A stretch of DNA of 64,000 nucleotides from Octopus sinensis (GCF_006345805.1 NC_043007.1:11098001-11162000); one strand, 5' to 3'; positions 36,505 through 50,720 are shown, counted from the first letter of the stretch. A program made the numbers and translations. Notes: a model not told the origin generated them from the sequence alone.

Positions 36505-37590
36505 AATAAACTAAGCTGAGGTCGATTTTGCCTTTCATACTTTCAAGCTTTGATGAATTAAATACCAGTTGCATACTGGGGTTGATGTAATCGACTTAAC
36601 CTGCTCCCTGAAATTGATGGACTTGTGCCAAAATTTGAAATCATTGCTTACAGCTCTAAGGTGGTGAACTGGCAGAGCCATTAATATGCTGAGCAAATTG
36701 CTTAGAGGTGTTTTGTCTGTCTTTATGTTCCGTGTTCAAAATTTCACCAAGGTGAACTTTTTCCTTTTCTCCCTTTCAGGATTGATAAAATAAGCACCAG
36801 TTAGGTACTGGGGTCGAAGTAATTGACTTACTCCCTCCCTGAAAATTGCTGGCCTTGTGCCAAAATTTGAAACCTATTATTTATAGCTTTAACTAAGGCT
36901 GTGAATGGGTCAGTTCATTAGTACACTGGACAAAATGCTTGACAGCATTTCTTCTGTTTTTAATGGTGGAACTTGAAGTAGATAAAGCTATAAAGAATAG
37001 CATATAAATATTGGGTAAAAGAAAACAGACCCTTTTAACTTGAACCCATTTCTTCAGTAAACATAACAGATGTTCAAAATTCTGCTAAGGTTAACTTAGC
37101 CTTTCATCTTTTCGGAGTCGATAAAATAATGACCAGTAGAGCACTGGGGTTGATGCAATTAACTTAATCCCAACCCAAAAACTGCTGGCCTTGTGCCAAA
37201 ATTTGAAACCGATAATTTATAGCTCTAACTAAGGCTGTGAGCTGGCAGGTTGGTTAGCTCACTAGACAAAATGATTAGCCTTTCATGATTGATAAAATAA
37301 GTACCAGTTACGCACTGGAGTCGGTGTAATCGACTTAACCCCCTCCCTGAAATTGCTGGACTTGTGCCAAAATTTGAAATCATTATTTACAGCTCTAACT
37401 AATGTGGTGAACTGGTAAAATACTTCAATGTATTTCGTCTGTCTTTACGTTCCGAGTTCAAAATTCCACCAAGGTCAACTTTGCCTTTCATCCCTTTCGG
37501 GGTTGATAAAATAAGTACCAGTTGTGTACTGGTGTTGACATAATTGACTTAATCCCTCCCTCAAAGTTGCTGATTTTGTGCCGAAATTTG
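36505..37590 (+). repeat. Head-to-tail tandem array of about 5 degenerate family-2 SINE units
   Basis: The unit end cttgtgccaaaatttgaaa-(c/t)..attattta.agct.taact-aagg recurs every 150-370 bp. Confidence 0.75.
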
Positions 37591-40236
37591 AAACCCATTT
37601 TTTATAATTTTTAGCAAATCAAATTCAACATTTTATTTCAGGTCTCTCAAGTTCTTAATTCTTTGGACATAAACAATGTTTCAACACCAGAGAAATTCAG
37701 AGAATTGCTTTGGCCCAATGGAAGAACATCTATTATGTTTACTGAAGATGTGGGTTCAAGTTCTACTGACAGGCTTCAACTTTTTCTATCAAAAGGGTTT
37801 TTTTTTTACCCAATATTTATATGCTATTCTTTAGAGCTTTATCTACTTCAAGTTCCACCATAAAAAACAAATTTTATATAGGAGTAAAGGTGCATGGCTC
37901 AGTGGTTAGAGTGTCGGGCTCACAGTCATGAGGTAGTGAGTTCAATTCCTGGACCGGGCTGTGTGTTGCATTCTTGAGCAAGATACTTTATTTCATATTG
38001 GTCCAGTTCACTCAGCTGTAGAAATGAGTTGTGACATCACTGGTGCCAAACTGTATCGGCCCTTGCCTTTCCATTGGATAGCATCAGTGGCGTGAAGAAG
38101 AGGCTGATATGCATGGATGACTGCTGGTCTTCCATGAACAACCTTGCCCGGACGTGCACCTCGGAAGGGATCTTTCTAGGTGCAATCTCATGGTCATTCA
38201 TGACCGAAAGGGGTCTTTACCTTTTACTCTTTCCCCTATGGACAGGAACAAAAAATACTGACTTAAACAAAAGGAAAAAAAAAAACAAGAGACGAAAAAG
38301 AAAAAGGAACACAAAATTAATATTATCATTTTTATTAATATCGTTATCATTACATTAACAAATCGGGGTGTGTGTTGCATTCAATATGTGTATAAAGTAT
38401 GTAGTTTGTTTTAATTTTCCTTGTCCATATGCTATCAAATGTTCTGGTTAAAATCACATTGTTTAAAGTATTTGTTGGGCTGTTGGTCATAGCCACAGTC
38501 ATAATTATAGTCAAACTCATACACACATATACACAACACTCACAGGTGCACACATGCACACGGTCATCTACAAGCATACACACACACACACACACACACA
38601 GATACACACTGCTTGAAGATTTACAGATATATCTGATACAAACCTGCTCTTTACCAAACAACAGTTTATTTTGCCATTGCCTGCACAAATGCATATATTG
38701 CTTTATACATATAGATACAAATATATATATATATATATACACACACATTTGCATGTATAAGCCTGCCTGCATATATATGTGTGAGTGCACATGTATTGAA
38801 ACATATACATCTAAACGTTTATACATATACACCTGTATAGATGTGTGTGTGCATATGTATATACACACAGATACATGTACACACCTCTTAATTTCATTCC
38901 TCCACGTCTTTATTTATTTTTTTTTTTTTTGTCTTTTTCCATTTCTTTTCTGTTTGAGATAATTCAAATTGCCCTCCTATTTGTCCATAGTCTTAAGTAT
39001 GAAAGAATGAGAGAAAACCTCATGCATACACACACACTCAGGCACACCTGCGCACACACTCTTACACACCCTTGCATCTACACAATTTAGAATACAGAAC
39101 AAACCAGCGTGGACCTTTAACCCTTAATATTCAAACTGGCCCTATCTGGCCCACATATTCTACCTGTGTTTTTTTGGGGGGTTTTTTTGGGGGCTCAAAT
39201 CATCCAGACCCAGCCTCTCGTACCTACCTACCCCTACAATCACATCATCAAAATTTCAAAGTTATGAGATGATGCATGATTGATTTGAAACAATGCGAAT
39301 AAATAAACATATCTGACAGAGTGATCTGAACGCTGAAGAGTAAAACCATGAAACATATGAAGCATTATATTCAAACATGAATACATGTGCATATACATAT
39401 ACATATATATATACATGTATACATATGTATATGGAGGCGCACTGGCCTAGTGGTTAGGGTAGCGGACTCGCGGTCGTAGGATCGCGGTTTCGATTCCCAG
39501 ACCGGGCATTGAGTGTTTATTGAGCGAAAACACCTAAAAAAAAAAAAAAAAGCTCTACGAGGCTCTGGCAGGTGTTGGTGATCCCTGCTGTACTCTTTCT
39601 CCCACTCTTTCTTCTGTTGGCCTGCTCGCTTAGCCAGCGGGGTGGCGTCATTCGAAGGCTAAAAACAATGCGAACGCATTGTGACCAGCGATGTGTAACC
39701 ACATCTGATGGACTGGTCGGTCACGTGATGGTGATGACATGTATAATATAAATAAATAAATGGAGCTTAACGCAGGTGTAATTCAAATACTTACAAAGAG
39801 TTACAACCTCTTTACTTGTGTGATTTTTTGCTACCCTGGTAACTATTTATCTATTTTTTCCGTGTTAATAGTTAACAAGGGAAAAATACACACATCTATT
39901 TATGTATACATATGTAAATATATATGCACATACATACAAAACCTGCAGACATACATACATACATACACATATATACATACATGTAATCACCTAATTAGAG
40001 AAATACAGCATAAAGAGATATTTCACAATAAGTGTTTTGTACATACGCATACTTGCTTATATCTATAGACATTCAGTAACAAACACACAAATGCACACAC
40101 ACACCACACACACACACACACACACAGACAAACTAACACACATACATGCATACATAGAAATAAATCAACGTAAAATTGTAAGACACATGTTAATAACTTC
40201 AAAGTTGTTAAGACATTATCAACTAAATTATATGTT

Positions 40237-40276
<40 letters not shown>

Positions 40277-40342
40277 GTTATGTAAGTATCTATAAATATA
40301 TTTCTCATGTGTGTGTGTGTGCTGTGTGTGTATACATGTATG

Positions 40343-40373
<31 letters not shown>

Positions 40374-40473
40374 TATCCCTGTGTACATCTATCTCATCTC
40401 TCTCTCTCTATACATATATATATATATTGACCAACCCATGCCACCATGAAAAGCAGATATTAAATGATGATGT

Positions 40474-40506
<33 letters not shown>

Positions 40507-40971
40507 GTATACATATATACATGTGTAAGGTTATAGTTCAAATTTACAGAAAACAAATGATGAAGACAGGTGAACAGCAAGCAGGTGTATTAGTTTGATG
40601 CTCAGGAAGAGTGGAAAAGTCTTTGATGTTTTGAGCCTGCACTCTTTGTCAGAAAAAACAGAGAGGAAAAAACGGATAGAAAAGAAAATGCATAGGGATT
40701 AACACAGTTCAACATAATGAAATAACCAGAAGAAAGAGGTAGTGGAAGGAAGATAATAATGATGACCCCAGCTGAACTAGAGAGCACAAGCATGTGTGTG
40801 GATGTAAGTATGGTGGGTGTGAGTGTATATGTGTGTGAATGGGGATGAGTGCATGTAACTGTATGTGTGGGTGAGCTTAAAATAATGTGGGCCTGTGTGT
40901 ATGTATGAGATTGTGTGTGCGTATGTGTATAAGTAACTTAGTGCAAACATTGTGTAGAGTGAGGTGCATTT

Positions 40972-41011
<40 letters not shown>

Positions 41012-42064
41012 TTGTGCATATGGACATGTCTATACATGTGTGGGGCTGTGTGTAGTACGTGTGTGAGTGGTGTGTGTGGAGTGGGAAGATGAGCATAAGT
41101 ATATGTTCATGTGAGTGCGTTTGTAATGGTGTGTGATGTGAATACTGAGTTGAACAGTGTGTATGGGTGTTTGCACAATGGTGGTGTGGTGAGAGTACTG
41201 AGTTGGATGATGTACAGATATGGGGGTGGAAGGTAGGTTAAAGGTGGGAGGTGTGTGGAAATATGTGTGGGGTTGGTTTTAGCTGAAGAGAGATGGTGAA
41301 TTAAGGCCATAAGGAGCAAAGAAATGAAGGGAAAAGATTAATTCTTGTTTACGGCAGAGGCAGGGGTGGTAGTGGCCTCTGTGCAAAAACAGTTAAACAG
41401 TTCGAACACAGAGAGATGTTGAGAAGTGATGTGAGGCTGAGGTGTCATTGCCAAGTCTGATGTCTCAGAGGTGCTCAGTGAACCAGTTGGCTAAGCAGCA
41501 TCCCGTTTGACCAATGTATAAGAGAAGACGGGGAGAGAGAGAGAGAGAGAGAGAAGGAGATGCAGTGAGATTGCTAGAGGTGCAGGTAAAAGTGTTGGTG
41601 ATGTAATAGGGTATGTGGGGGGTACCAGTGAGGATAGTGGTGTTGGAGAGGGAGGGACAGATGCAACAGCATATGCAAGAGCAGGAAAAGGAACCAGGTT
41701 GGGTGGCAAGGGCAGTTTGGATAATGGTGGGTGAGGAGATATCCACATAAGGAGATTGAAGTGGCAAGCCATGTGTTGAGACTGGGTCTCAAAGACATGG
41801 TCATCACTGCAGATATGGCATAGATGGAGGAACTGGGAGTAGGGGATGGACAGTTCAGTGTGGGTAGGGTGGGAGAAAGAGGTAAATATATTTATGTATA
41901 AATAAACATATATGAAAATATATATATATGGATAATACCATACCAAATTCTGGTGCCTTTAACTTAAGTACCATATTCATCTGAATCTAAATTTTTGCTA
42001 TATATATATGTATATATATTTATGTATGTATAACCTATTTCCCTGCCAATCAATCTTTTAGACT

Positions 42065-42515
42065 TATGGCTATGACCTCCATTCCTCAGAATCTGCTAAC
42101 CACAATCCTGTATAAACCAGCCACATTCAAAAGTACCCTTGGCAAAATCATCCTCTTGACTTCTTTCTCTTTACCACACTTTGGAGCATTTTATACCAAA
42201 TTAACATGTTATCAAATCTTTTAACCCATCCTACCACACACTTCATCTCCTTCAAGAAACTGTGTCACTCCGCAGGACTTCCTGAAGATCATCCACTCAC
42301 CGTTCCTTCTCCTCCACCTCAACCACAGGCTTTCAAGAGTTCAAACTGGACCATTTTTAATAATTGCACCAGCTTCACCTTGTTAAGCCTACACCTTACT
42401 CATAGTTCTGGAAAACACACACACATATACATACATATATGCATATCTATCTATATATATATATATTTGTTTTGTACACCACCTGTCTTCGTCTTGTTTT
42501 TTTCGTGAACTCTCC

Positions 42516-42566
<51 letters not shown>

Positions 42567-42951
42567 TGCACATATGCATACATACACATATACAGAAAAA
42601 CATATACATAATATTTTTTCCTCATTAGTAAGATTATCCTCTGAATCAGGTACTGAATGTATGTAGGTTTTTTATCATGATTATTTTAATCTAAACATCT
42701 TTTAGTTCTGCTTGACATAGCAGAAACCTCCTCCTCATAACACACACACACACACACAAAGTATAAAATTAGGTTCAGAGAATCAAGTAGAACTCACAGA
42801 AAGCACTCTTACAAGGCTATTAGTTAATAGTAATTCTACTATGATGTGATTTAACTTGTTCATGCAACCCAATATCTAAGATACCCAAGTAGTAAATTAT
42901 ATTCAGAATCTCTCATACTTCCTGATTTTGTGATTTTATATGTATACATAT

Positions 42952-42983
<32 letters not shown>

Positions 42984-43210
42984 CAGATATATACACACAC
43001 ATGTATTTTGGGAGTTTTTTTTTTTTTACATCCACTTCACTAAGGTTTTTATATAGTTGTATGGTAAATTGGATGGAACAAATATTTTTATGGTTGGACG
43101 GTTGTGCCCTTTTCCCCAAGGACCACTCAACGGTAACAATGTAATGAGCAGAATATGTTGTCATTTCATTTCATTATATTTTTGTCAGCCAGGCAAACTG
43201 GGGCAAGCAA
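42065..43210 (-). repeat. Inverted duplicate of the IL-17R-A intronic segment 1971-3376
   Basis: Collinear reverse-complement match including unique sequence, microsatellites and a PLE fragment. Confidence 0.92.
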
Positions 43211-43662
43211 AGTTATGTCCCTTGCTGAATGATACAATTTACACAGACTAGCTGCATTGGCTAAGTCTGAACCCATAACCAGGGCCACTTTAACAGCAAT
43301 ATAGTCCCCACTACCAACACCAATTTCTTGACAAACCAGTGCACTGGACCCTATAACATACATAGATCAGCTGGGACCCTCGCTGTCATAACCGACAGAG
43401 TGCTCCTACCTACTATAATACTGGGGTAAGGAAATGAACTGACCTAGTGAATGAAAAAGTGGGTTAAATGACAGGTTCATATCAGCTTACCAATTTATAC
43501 CCTCTAGACAAAAGCAGGTACCAATAGGAGATGTACTTAACAATAATAAGCAGGAAGTACTGTTTGGGTAATGGTGGGAGCTTGAAGTAATTTACAAGTG
43601 TCTCATCACCTTGTAGTACCAAGTTAATAGTTTCTTTTTGTTTTTCTTTATATTCAGAGGTA

Positions 43663-43696
<34 letters not shown>

Positions 43697-44179
43697 AAGA
43701 GAGAGAGGCAGGCAGGCAGATAACAGACCTATCAGTCACTAAGTACTACAAAGAGTGCGTTATGTAATAGTCTTTGATCAATATAGATACATCAAAGATA
43801 TATGAAACATTAAACAAATTGATCGGACGTAGATCAATAACATCAGTTATTTATTAAAACTATAAATTAAGCCATCAAAGACATAATTTGATAAATAAAA
43901 CCTATATCATCATCATCATCATTACTATTATTATTATTATTATTATTATTATAGTAGTTAAGGTGATGAGTTGGCAGAATTGTCAGTACGCCAGACCAAA
44001 TGCTTAGCAGCATTTCTTCTCACACTTTTACATTCAGAGCTCAACATTGCTTTTTTCATCCTTTCAAGATCGATAGTACCATTTGAGTACTTGGGGGTCA
44101 AATGTAATCAATTAACCGTTTCACACTAAAATTGCTGGCCTTGTGCCAAAAGTTGCAAGTTATTAATATTATTATTATT

Positions 44180-44735
44180 ATTGAGTGAGAGAGCAGTGAA
44201 TGCCATCAAAGTGATACTGGAGTAAGATAAACAAAGATCAGTATACCCATCATGACTACCCATCTGATGAGGGTACACCAGGCACATGCATCACAACCAT
44301 ATGTGCGCGACATGGTGATCTAATGTCAAGATAAACAGCGCATGACTTTGCAGGTGGGGGTCCAGTTAGAATTTTCTTCTGGTCAAGTAGCCCATCCTGC
44401 TCAAAAGGTCCCCGAATAAGGATTGTTTAAGGATGTTGAATGAACTACCCATGTTTCCAAAGGTGAATTATCCAAACCTCTAAGAATTCCTTTCAACACA
44501 TGGCTATGATGCTCCCCCACTACTTCTGCTCGTGATCAGAGATGCACATATCGTCAGCCACTAAGGGACATGCTCAACTGGTTAAGGTCAAACAACTGAC
44601 AAACAAATCTGTGGTATTGAGCAGAATATTTGCTGTAGCCCATCTTTTATACCAAAGCAAAACAATGTACATAACACTTCCAGTCAGTTAAGATCAGAAG
44701 CCATGAGAGCCACTGCTTGATACTGCATCAGGGCA
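44180..44735 (-). mobile_element. Unclassified retroposon 3' end embedded in a (TTA)n microsatellite
   Basis: Non-coding block flanked on both sides by TTA repeats, with an (AAT)n tail on the minus strand; family not identified. Confidence 0.4.
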
Positions 44736-46544
44736 TTTATTATTATCATTATTATTATTATTATTGATATTATCATTACTACTACTACTACCATCATCAG
44801 GGTGATAGTTTGGCAGGTTTGTCAAAGTGTTGGGACAAATTGCTACAAGGTGTTCCCTCAGGTTCTTTCCTTTCTGGAGTTCAAAACCCACTGAGGTCAA
44901 CTTTGCCTTTTATTCCCCCGATCTTAGTCATGATGGCTAAAACAAACTTACTCATGTGCCCTAGGTGCCATAAAGTGGGATTGAACCCAGAGCCATGTGA
45001 CTGGGAAGCAAGCCTTTTACAACACAGCCATGCCTGTGGCTATGCAGGAAAAAAAAACAAAAACAAATTTATCTGACAATAGGGGTCATTTAACATTGAC
45101 CATTATTTAAATTTTTTTGTATAGCAACAGCTTGTGATTGGACGGTCTGAAAATAGTATTGTGTAATGAAAGAGATTTTGAGGGACAGCGGTGGTGGTGG
45201 TGGTGGTGAGTAGGGGATACAACAGGAGATAAAATAGAAGGGAGCTATCACATCGTATGAAATCAACATTAAAATAAAACAAAATAAAACACCATATTTT
45301 CAGGGATATCAGTTGAATTATCAGACCAAAATTTACGGCCAAATAAATGGTAGGTTGACTTGTATAACTAGATCACTTTGGAGGAGCAAAATTCCATGTA
45401 GAAAGCAGATAGGATAGAAGGGAGCTGTCTGCCACATTATATGAAATGAAGATAGATAAAATAAAATACTATATTTTTTGGAATATTAGTTGGATTTTTC
45501 AGACTAAAAATTTACAGCAAATCAAAAGTAGGTTGACTTATACACCCAGACGACTTCACAGGAGCAAAATTCTATGTGAAAAGCAGCAGGATATGGAAAG
45601 ATAGTAATAATGTTTGAATGTTTGCACAACAGGTTTGGGAAACACAGTTTTATAAAAGCCCTAAACAAAAAATAAACTCAAAGTCTTGCCCTGTTTAATC
45701 ACACCATCATTTGGCCCTTTCGTGTCTTTTGTAGAGTTCACTTTATCCATTCTGTTGTATGCATTCAGACTAGGTCTCTGGTCAGAGAAGAATAACTTCA
45801 CATCTTTCTCTCCTGCCATCAATCTTGGATGCCTTGACAAGGGATATGTTAGCTCTCTTAGCCATTAGAAAAAAAGAGGCTATTTCAACCCAGTCATGTG
45901 ATCACAAAGACATTTTCTTATTGGCTCGTTGTGAGTCAAGTGTATTCATCAAGTGTTCAGGGTTGTGCAGATGACAAATTATGAACTATCAACCTTTTGC
46001 TAGACAACGAGGTACCTTTGACCAACAGCAAATCTCAAATTGTTTGAAGTAAAGTTATAAATTTTAATCCCAGTTTGGTGCTAATAATACAACTATTACA
46101 ACTTAAAATTCGCTTAACAAAAAATGAGAAAAAAGTTTTTTAAAGTATTAACAATGTAAAAAACGAAAAAACATCTAAACTATATCTGCTTATTAAATTA
46201 TATCCAATGAACTAAATGAGCCACAAAATTAATTAAGCGTAACTGATATTCATTCAGTATAAAATAATATAAAACAAGTTCAAAGCAGAATATCCAACAA
46301 ACAATTCTACTTAGTCTTTCAATCAATCCTATATTGGTTCTAAATATTATCTTTGTTCTTTTCTCTATATATTTAAAGTAATGTATACAAAGCAAAATAG
46401 TGTACAGCACTTGTGACTCCAAAAGTAACCTTAAATACATAACAAGAGCTTAAAAAGAAAGCTGTTACAGAATATGCATAAAAGAAATAAACGGATGATG
46501 CAAGTTAGATGAAATAGAGGGACAAGCAATTATGATAGATGTAA

Positions 46545-46935
46545 GCTATAAGGTTGTTCGGAAAATACTGACTGATTTTTCAAAAAACATTTTTTTTCAA
46601 ATTTGCTTTAAGATGTTATTTTTGTAATGTTTTGGATGAAATCAATAATTGATGTGTACTCTTTGATAAATTGTTAATGATTTCTTTCAGAATATAATTT
46701 TGAAGCATAGAAATCTTTAATTTCAAACATGAAAAAAAGAAGATATGTGTCTACATTTTTTGCATGAATTCAAGCTTGGATATAATGCTTCCCAAACAGT
46801 CACAAACATCAACAGAGCATGGGATGAAGGGTTCACTAGTGATTGGATGGTATGACAGTGGTTTGAGAAATTCTGTAGTGGGGATGAGAGCCTTGAAGAT
46901 CAAGAAGGTAGAGGATGTCCATCTACCCTTGAGGA
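46545..46935 (+). mobile_element. mariner (DD34D-type) transposase N-terminal HTH remnant
   Basis: HEFKLGYNASQTVTNINRAWDEG...QWFEKFCSGDESLEDQEGRG at about 46763-46925; left boundary approximate. Confidence 0.7.
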
Positions 46936-47001
46936 TTAGCATTTGAAAATAAATCAAACAAAACTAATCAGGGAACTTTTTAATACCACCTTGTATGTAT
47001 G

Positions 47002-47037
<36 letters not shown>

Positions 47038-47106
47038 TCATTCTTTTGAAAGCCAAAACAATGTGAGTTATAAGATATAAGTCAATGATTCATATGTTTA
47101 TCTTGT

Positions 47107-47145
47107 ATTTCGATATTTCGGGGTTATGACACCTTCTTCAGGAAA
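47107..47145 (-). ncRNA. Near-intact minimal hammerhead motif (PLE pLTR remnant)
   Basis: Minus strand: atttc-CTGAAGA-aggtgtcataaccc-GAAA-ta-TC^-gaaat. Helix I is perfect; the first helix II pair is A:C. Confidence 0.5.
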
Positions 47146-49233
47146 TTATCAGAGATTTGATGTTACAAGCTAAACTTTCATTGATGAGTACACTACACTA
47201 ATATATGTCACATATAACCTTTAGGTATGAGGAATTAATCTAGTTTTGGAAATAATCCAATTACATATACATATGCATGTGTGTATGTATGTATGCATAC
47301 ATACATTTATATCATCATCACCATTTAGTGTCCTCCTTCCATGCTGGAATGGGTTGGACGGTTTGACAGGAGCTGGCCAGGTAGAAGACTGTACCATACT
47401 TCTGTGTCTGTTTTGGCACAGTTTTTACAGCTGGGTGCCCTTCCTAACACCAACCACTCTGCAGAGTGGATCGAGTGGGTTTTACATGGCATGAGCACAG
47501 GCGAAGTCAGTGTTGGCATGGTTTGTGCAGCTGGATGCCTTTCCAAGCACCAACCACTTTACAGTGCGGACTGGATGCTTTATACATGGCAAATCATGTA
47601 TGTAAACTGTTTTCCTATCTCCAGGTAATCTGTGGGGTAGGTAAAAAAAAAGGACATTAAACTGATACATTAACAATAATGATTGCTATTGTAATGATGA
47701 TGATGACAAGAGAACATATTCCTAGCACTTTTTCTCTAGCTTTTCAATGAAATGGATCAATCGCAACCCATTTCCCTTTTCTTTGCTGGTGATGTTTAGA
47801 CATTAAGAAGTTAAGCAATCATCTTTTCTTTTCTACAAACCACCGAGGCTGAGGGATAAAAAGAAACCACACTCTCAGTCAAACAAACTCACTCTCAAAG
47901 TATCAGTCAGGCCAGGGTCATTGTACAAGACAATCCGCCCAAGGTCCTACGCAGTGGGATTGAACCTGAAACCACATTGTTACGAAGCAGAATTCTTAAC
48001 TGCATAATTGTATCGGCACCTATGACGACAGATGGTTCAATGGTTCGAGGCAATTTGGCTGGTATATTTAGCAACTAGAGTAACTAAACAAAGATTCCAT
48101 CAGTGGCTCATAGCTGGCTGGTGAGTCAGTCAGTCGGTCGGTCGGTTGGTCAGTTAGCTGGCTGGAAGTCTGCTACATTACTCTACTTCACTGTCCTTTT
48201 TCTCGACAATCTAATTTAATGTGCTGCCACACCACCATCGTTATTAACAGCTTCCTTGCATCTTGAGTGCCACTTAAAAATCTCCTTGTTTCTTCGGTAG
48301 TAAGCAGATTCTCAAGAGGCAAGCTACATCTCTGAGCAATTATTATTTATCTATTGATGCCGTCAAGACCACAACATCATGTCCACCACCACCACCACCA
48401 TCACAATCGTTACTATCACCATCATCACCACCACTATCATTGTCATAATGACATTTCACCAGAGACAGACTTTCGCTAATTGAAAGAAAGAAAGAAAAAA
48501 ATAAACAATACATGCACATACGTGTGTGTGTGTGTGCATGTGTTTGTGTGTGTGTGCGTGTGTGTGTATGCGTCGTGTTTAATTGTGTTTATGTGCATCA
48601 CTATCTCCACACATGTTTATATGCACACACACACTCACACACATATGTATGTATGTATACACATGTGTGAGTGTGTATGTATGTAAGAGAGAGAGAGAGA
48701 GTGTGTGTGTATGTGTCTATGTATGTGTGTGTGTGTGTGTGTAGTTATAATGAGTTATAATGTGATACTGTTGAAATAAACTATTAATTATGTTGAAATA
48801 ACTGTTACGTATCATCATCACCCTCGTTAATCCTCACCTCGTTAATCCTCGATATCATTAATTCACATCGTTATCAGTGTCCTAGCGTCCAGCTTTGCCC
48901 CCACTTCCAGGGGGGCAAGAGTGGCTGCGTGGTAAGAAGCTTACTTCCTAACCACTTGGTTCTGAGTTCAGGCCCAATGCGTGGCATCTTGGGCAAGTGT
49001 CTTCTACTATAGTATTGGGCTGACCAAAGCCTTGTGAGTGGATTTGGTACACGGAAACTAAAAGAAGCCAATTGTATGTGCGTGTATTTATATATATATA
49101 TATAATTAATTAATAAGGGTGAGAGATTAGATACTAATTTAATAGTATATCTATTCAACACCAAGTGGCCTAGTGCTCCGAGAAACCTGGATTATTATAA
49201 TATTTTATAATATATTTAATATTTTTACAAAAT

Positions 49234-49509
49234 AAATATAAGAGAGTGGTCACTATATGGCTCACTCTAGCACCAGTTAATCCAAAAGGTTTCAACCACA
49301 AAAATACATGTTTCCCATGAAAGTCAGTACGATTGTTAGCTCACACGGACAGGGCAAATAAAAAATAACAAAATACAGATTATTTTGGACAATGTTTCGC
49401 TATTAATGAATTAAATGTAATTTTACTTACAAAAAATCCACTTGTAGCTCAAACCTTTTGGATTAACTGGTGCTAGAGTGAGCCATATAGTGACCACTCT
49501 CTTATATTT
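49234..49509. repeat. Perfect 59-bp inverted repeat bracketing 158 bp
   Basis: 49234-49292 equals the reverse complement of 49451-49509. Confidence 0.9.
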
Positions 49510-49903
49510 TATTTTTTATATATTATATATATAATATATATTAATATATATATATATATATATACAAGTAATGAGAGAGAGTCCACTGTGGTCACTCTAC
49601 GCTAGATATAGATGCACGAAGGGAATCCACCACTAAAGAAATGTTCTCAAGAATTAATTCAATGCGCCGCCAGAATGTAAGCGAGCAGGACAATGAAAAT
49701 AACGAAAATAGATTAACTCTAAACAATTGTTTCACTATTAATAGATTGTGTATTTTACTAGCGTAATTTTATATATTATATATATATAACAATTTAGGAA
49801 TGGCCTAAACAGGCCATCGTCCACCAGAAAGAGCAGCCATAGAACTCCACCGCCAAGTAGTGTAATTCGGAAATAAGGTGAAAATTAAAAACATTTACCT
49901 AAT

Positions 49904-49950
<47 letters not shown>

Positions 49951-50579
49951 ATGTATTTGTGTGTCTATGTTTGTCCCCCACCATCCATTTGCAACGATGT
50001 TGGTGTGTTTATGTCCCTGTAATTTAGTGGTTCGGCAAAGAAGACCGATAGAATAAGTACTAGGCTTACAAAGAATAGGTTCTCAGGTTTGATTTGTTCA
50101 ACCAAAGATGGTACTCCAGCATGGCCGAAGTCAAATGATTGAAACGAGTAAAAGAATAACAGAGAATGAATAAATTCAATAAAAGAAATACACACACACA
50201 CACACCATCATCACCAGCATCACCACCACCACCACCATCCTCATCGTCGTCATCATGTCATCACCACCACTACCACAGTCATTTAATATCCATTTTCCCA
50301 TTCTGGCATGCTTTCGACAGTTTGGACAAGATTCTTCGGTGAGCAGCAGGGCTGTGTCAAAGCTCTATTGCCAACACTGGTATGATTTCTACAGCTGGAT
50401 GCTATTCCTAATGCCTTTCCTAATCAGAAAAACAATATACAGAAAACAGAAAAAAAAAACCCCAACAAAATCCATCCCCAAAATGAAAAAGAAAACCAAC
50501 CTCTCTTACCCACACATGCACACAAAATTACACATCTGCATACATATAAACACACACACACACACATATATATATACAT

Positions 50580-50677
50580 ACATATATATGTGTGTTATAT
50601 ATATCTATATCTCTATATATATACATATCTATATGTGTGTGTATATATATATATCTATACCTATATATATGTGTGTG

Positions 50678-50720
<43 letters not shown>

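Noticed and set aside
39433-39505. tRNA-like heads at 39433, 32083, 10385 and 37884 as tRNA genes
   Set aside because: They lack a closing acceptor stem and continue into SINE bodies.
43590-43650. ttctttatattcAG-ag-gtaagg micro-exon or recursive splice site
   Set aside because: No gene model spans it on the plus strand, and the motif alone is insufficient.
45690-45890. Minus-strand frame with IASFF..WLRELTYPL, reminiscent of RhoGAP
   Set aside because: Requires a frameshift, the downstream residues do not follow the RhoGAP pattern, and splice sites are unconvincing.
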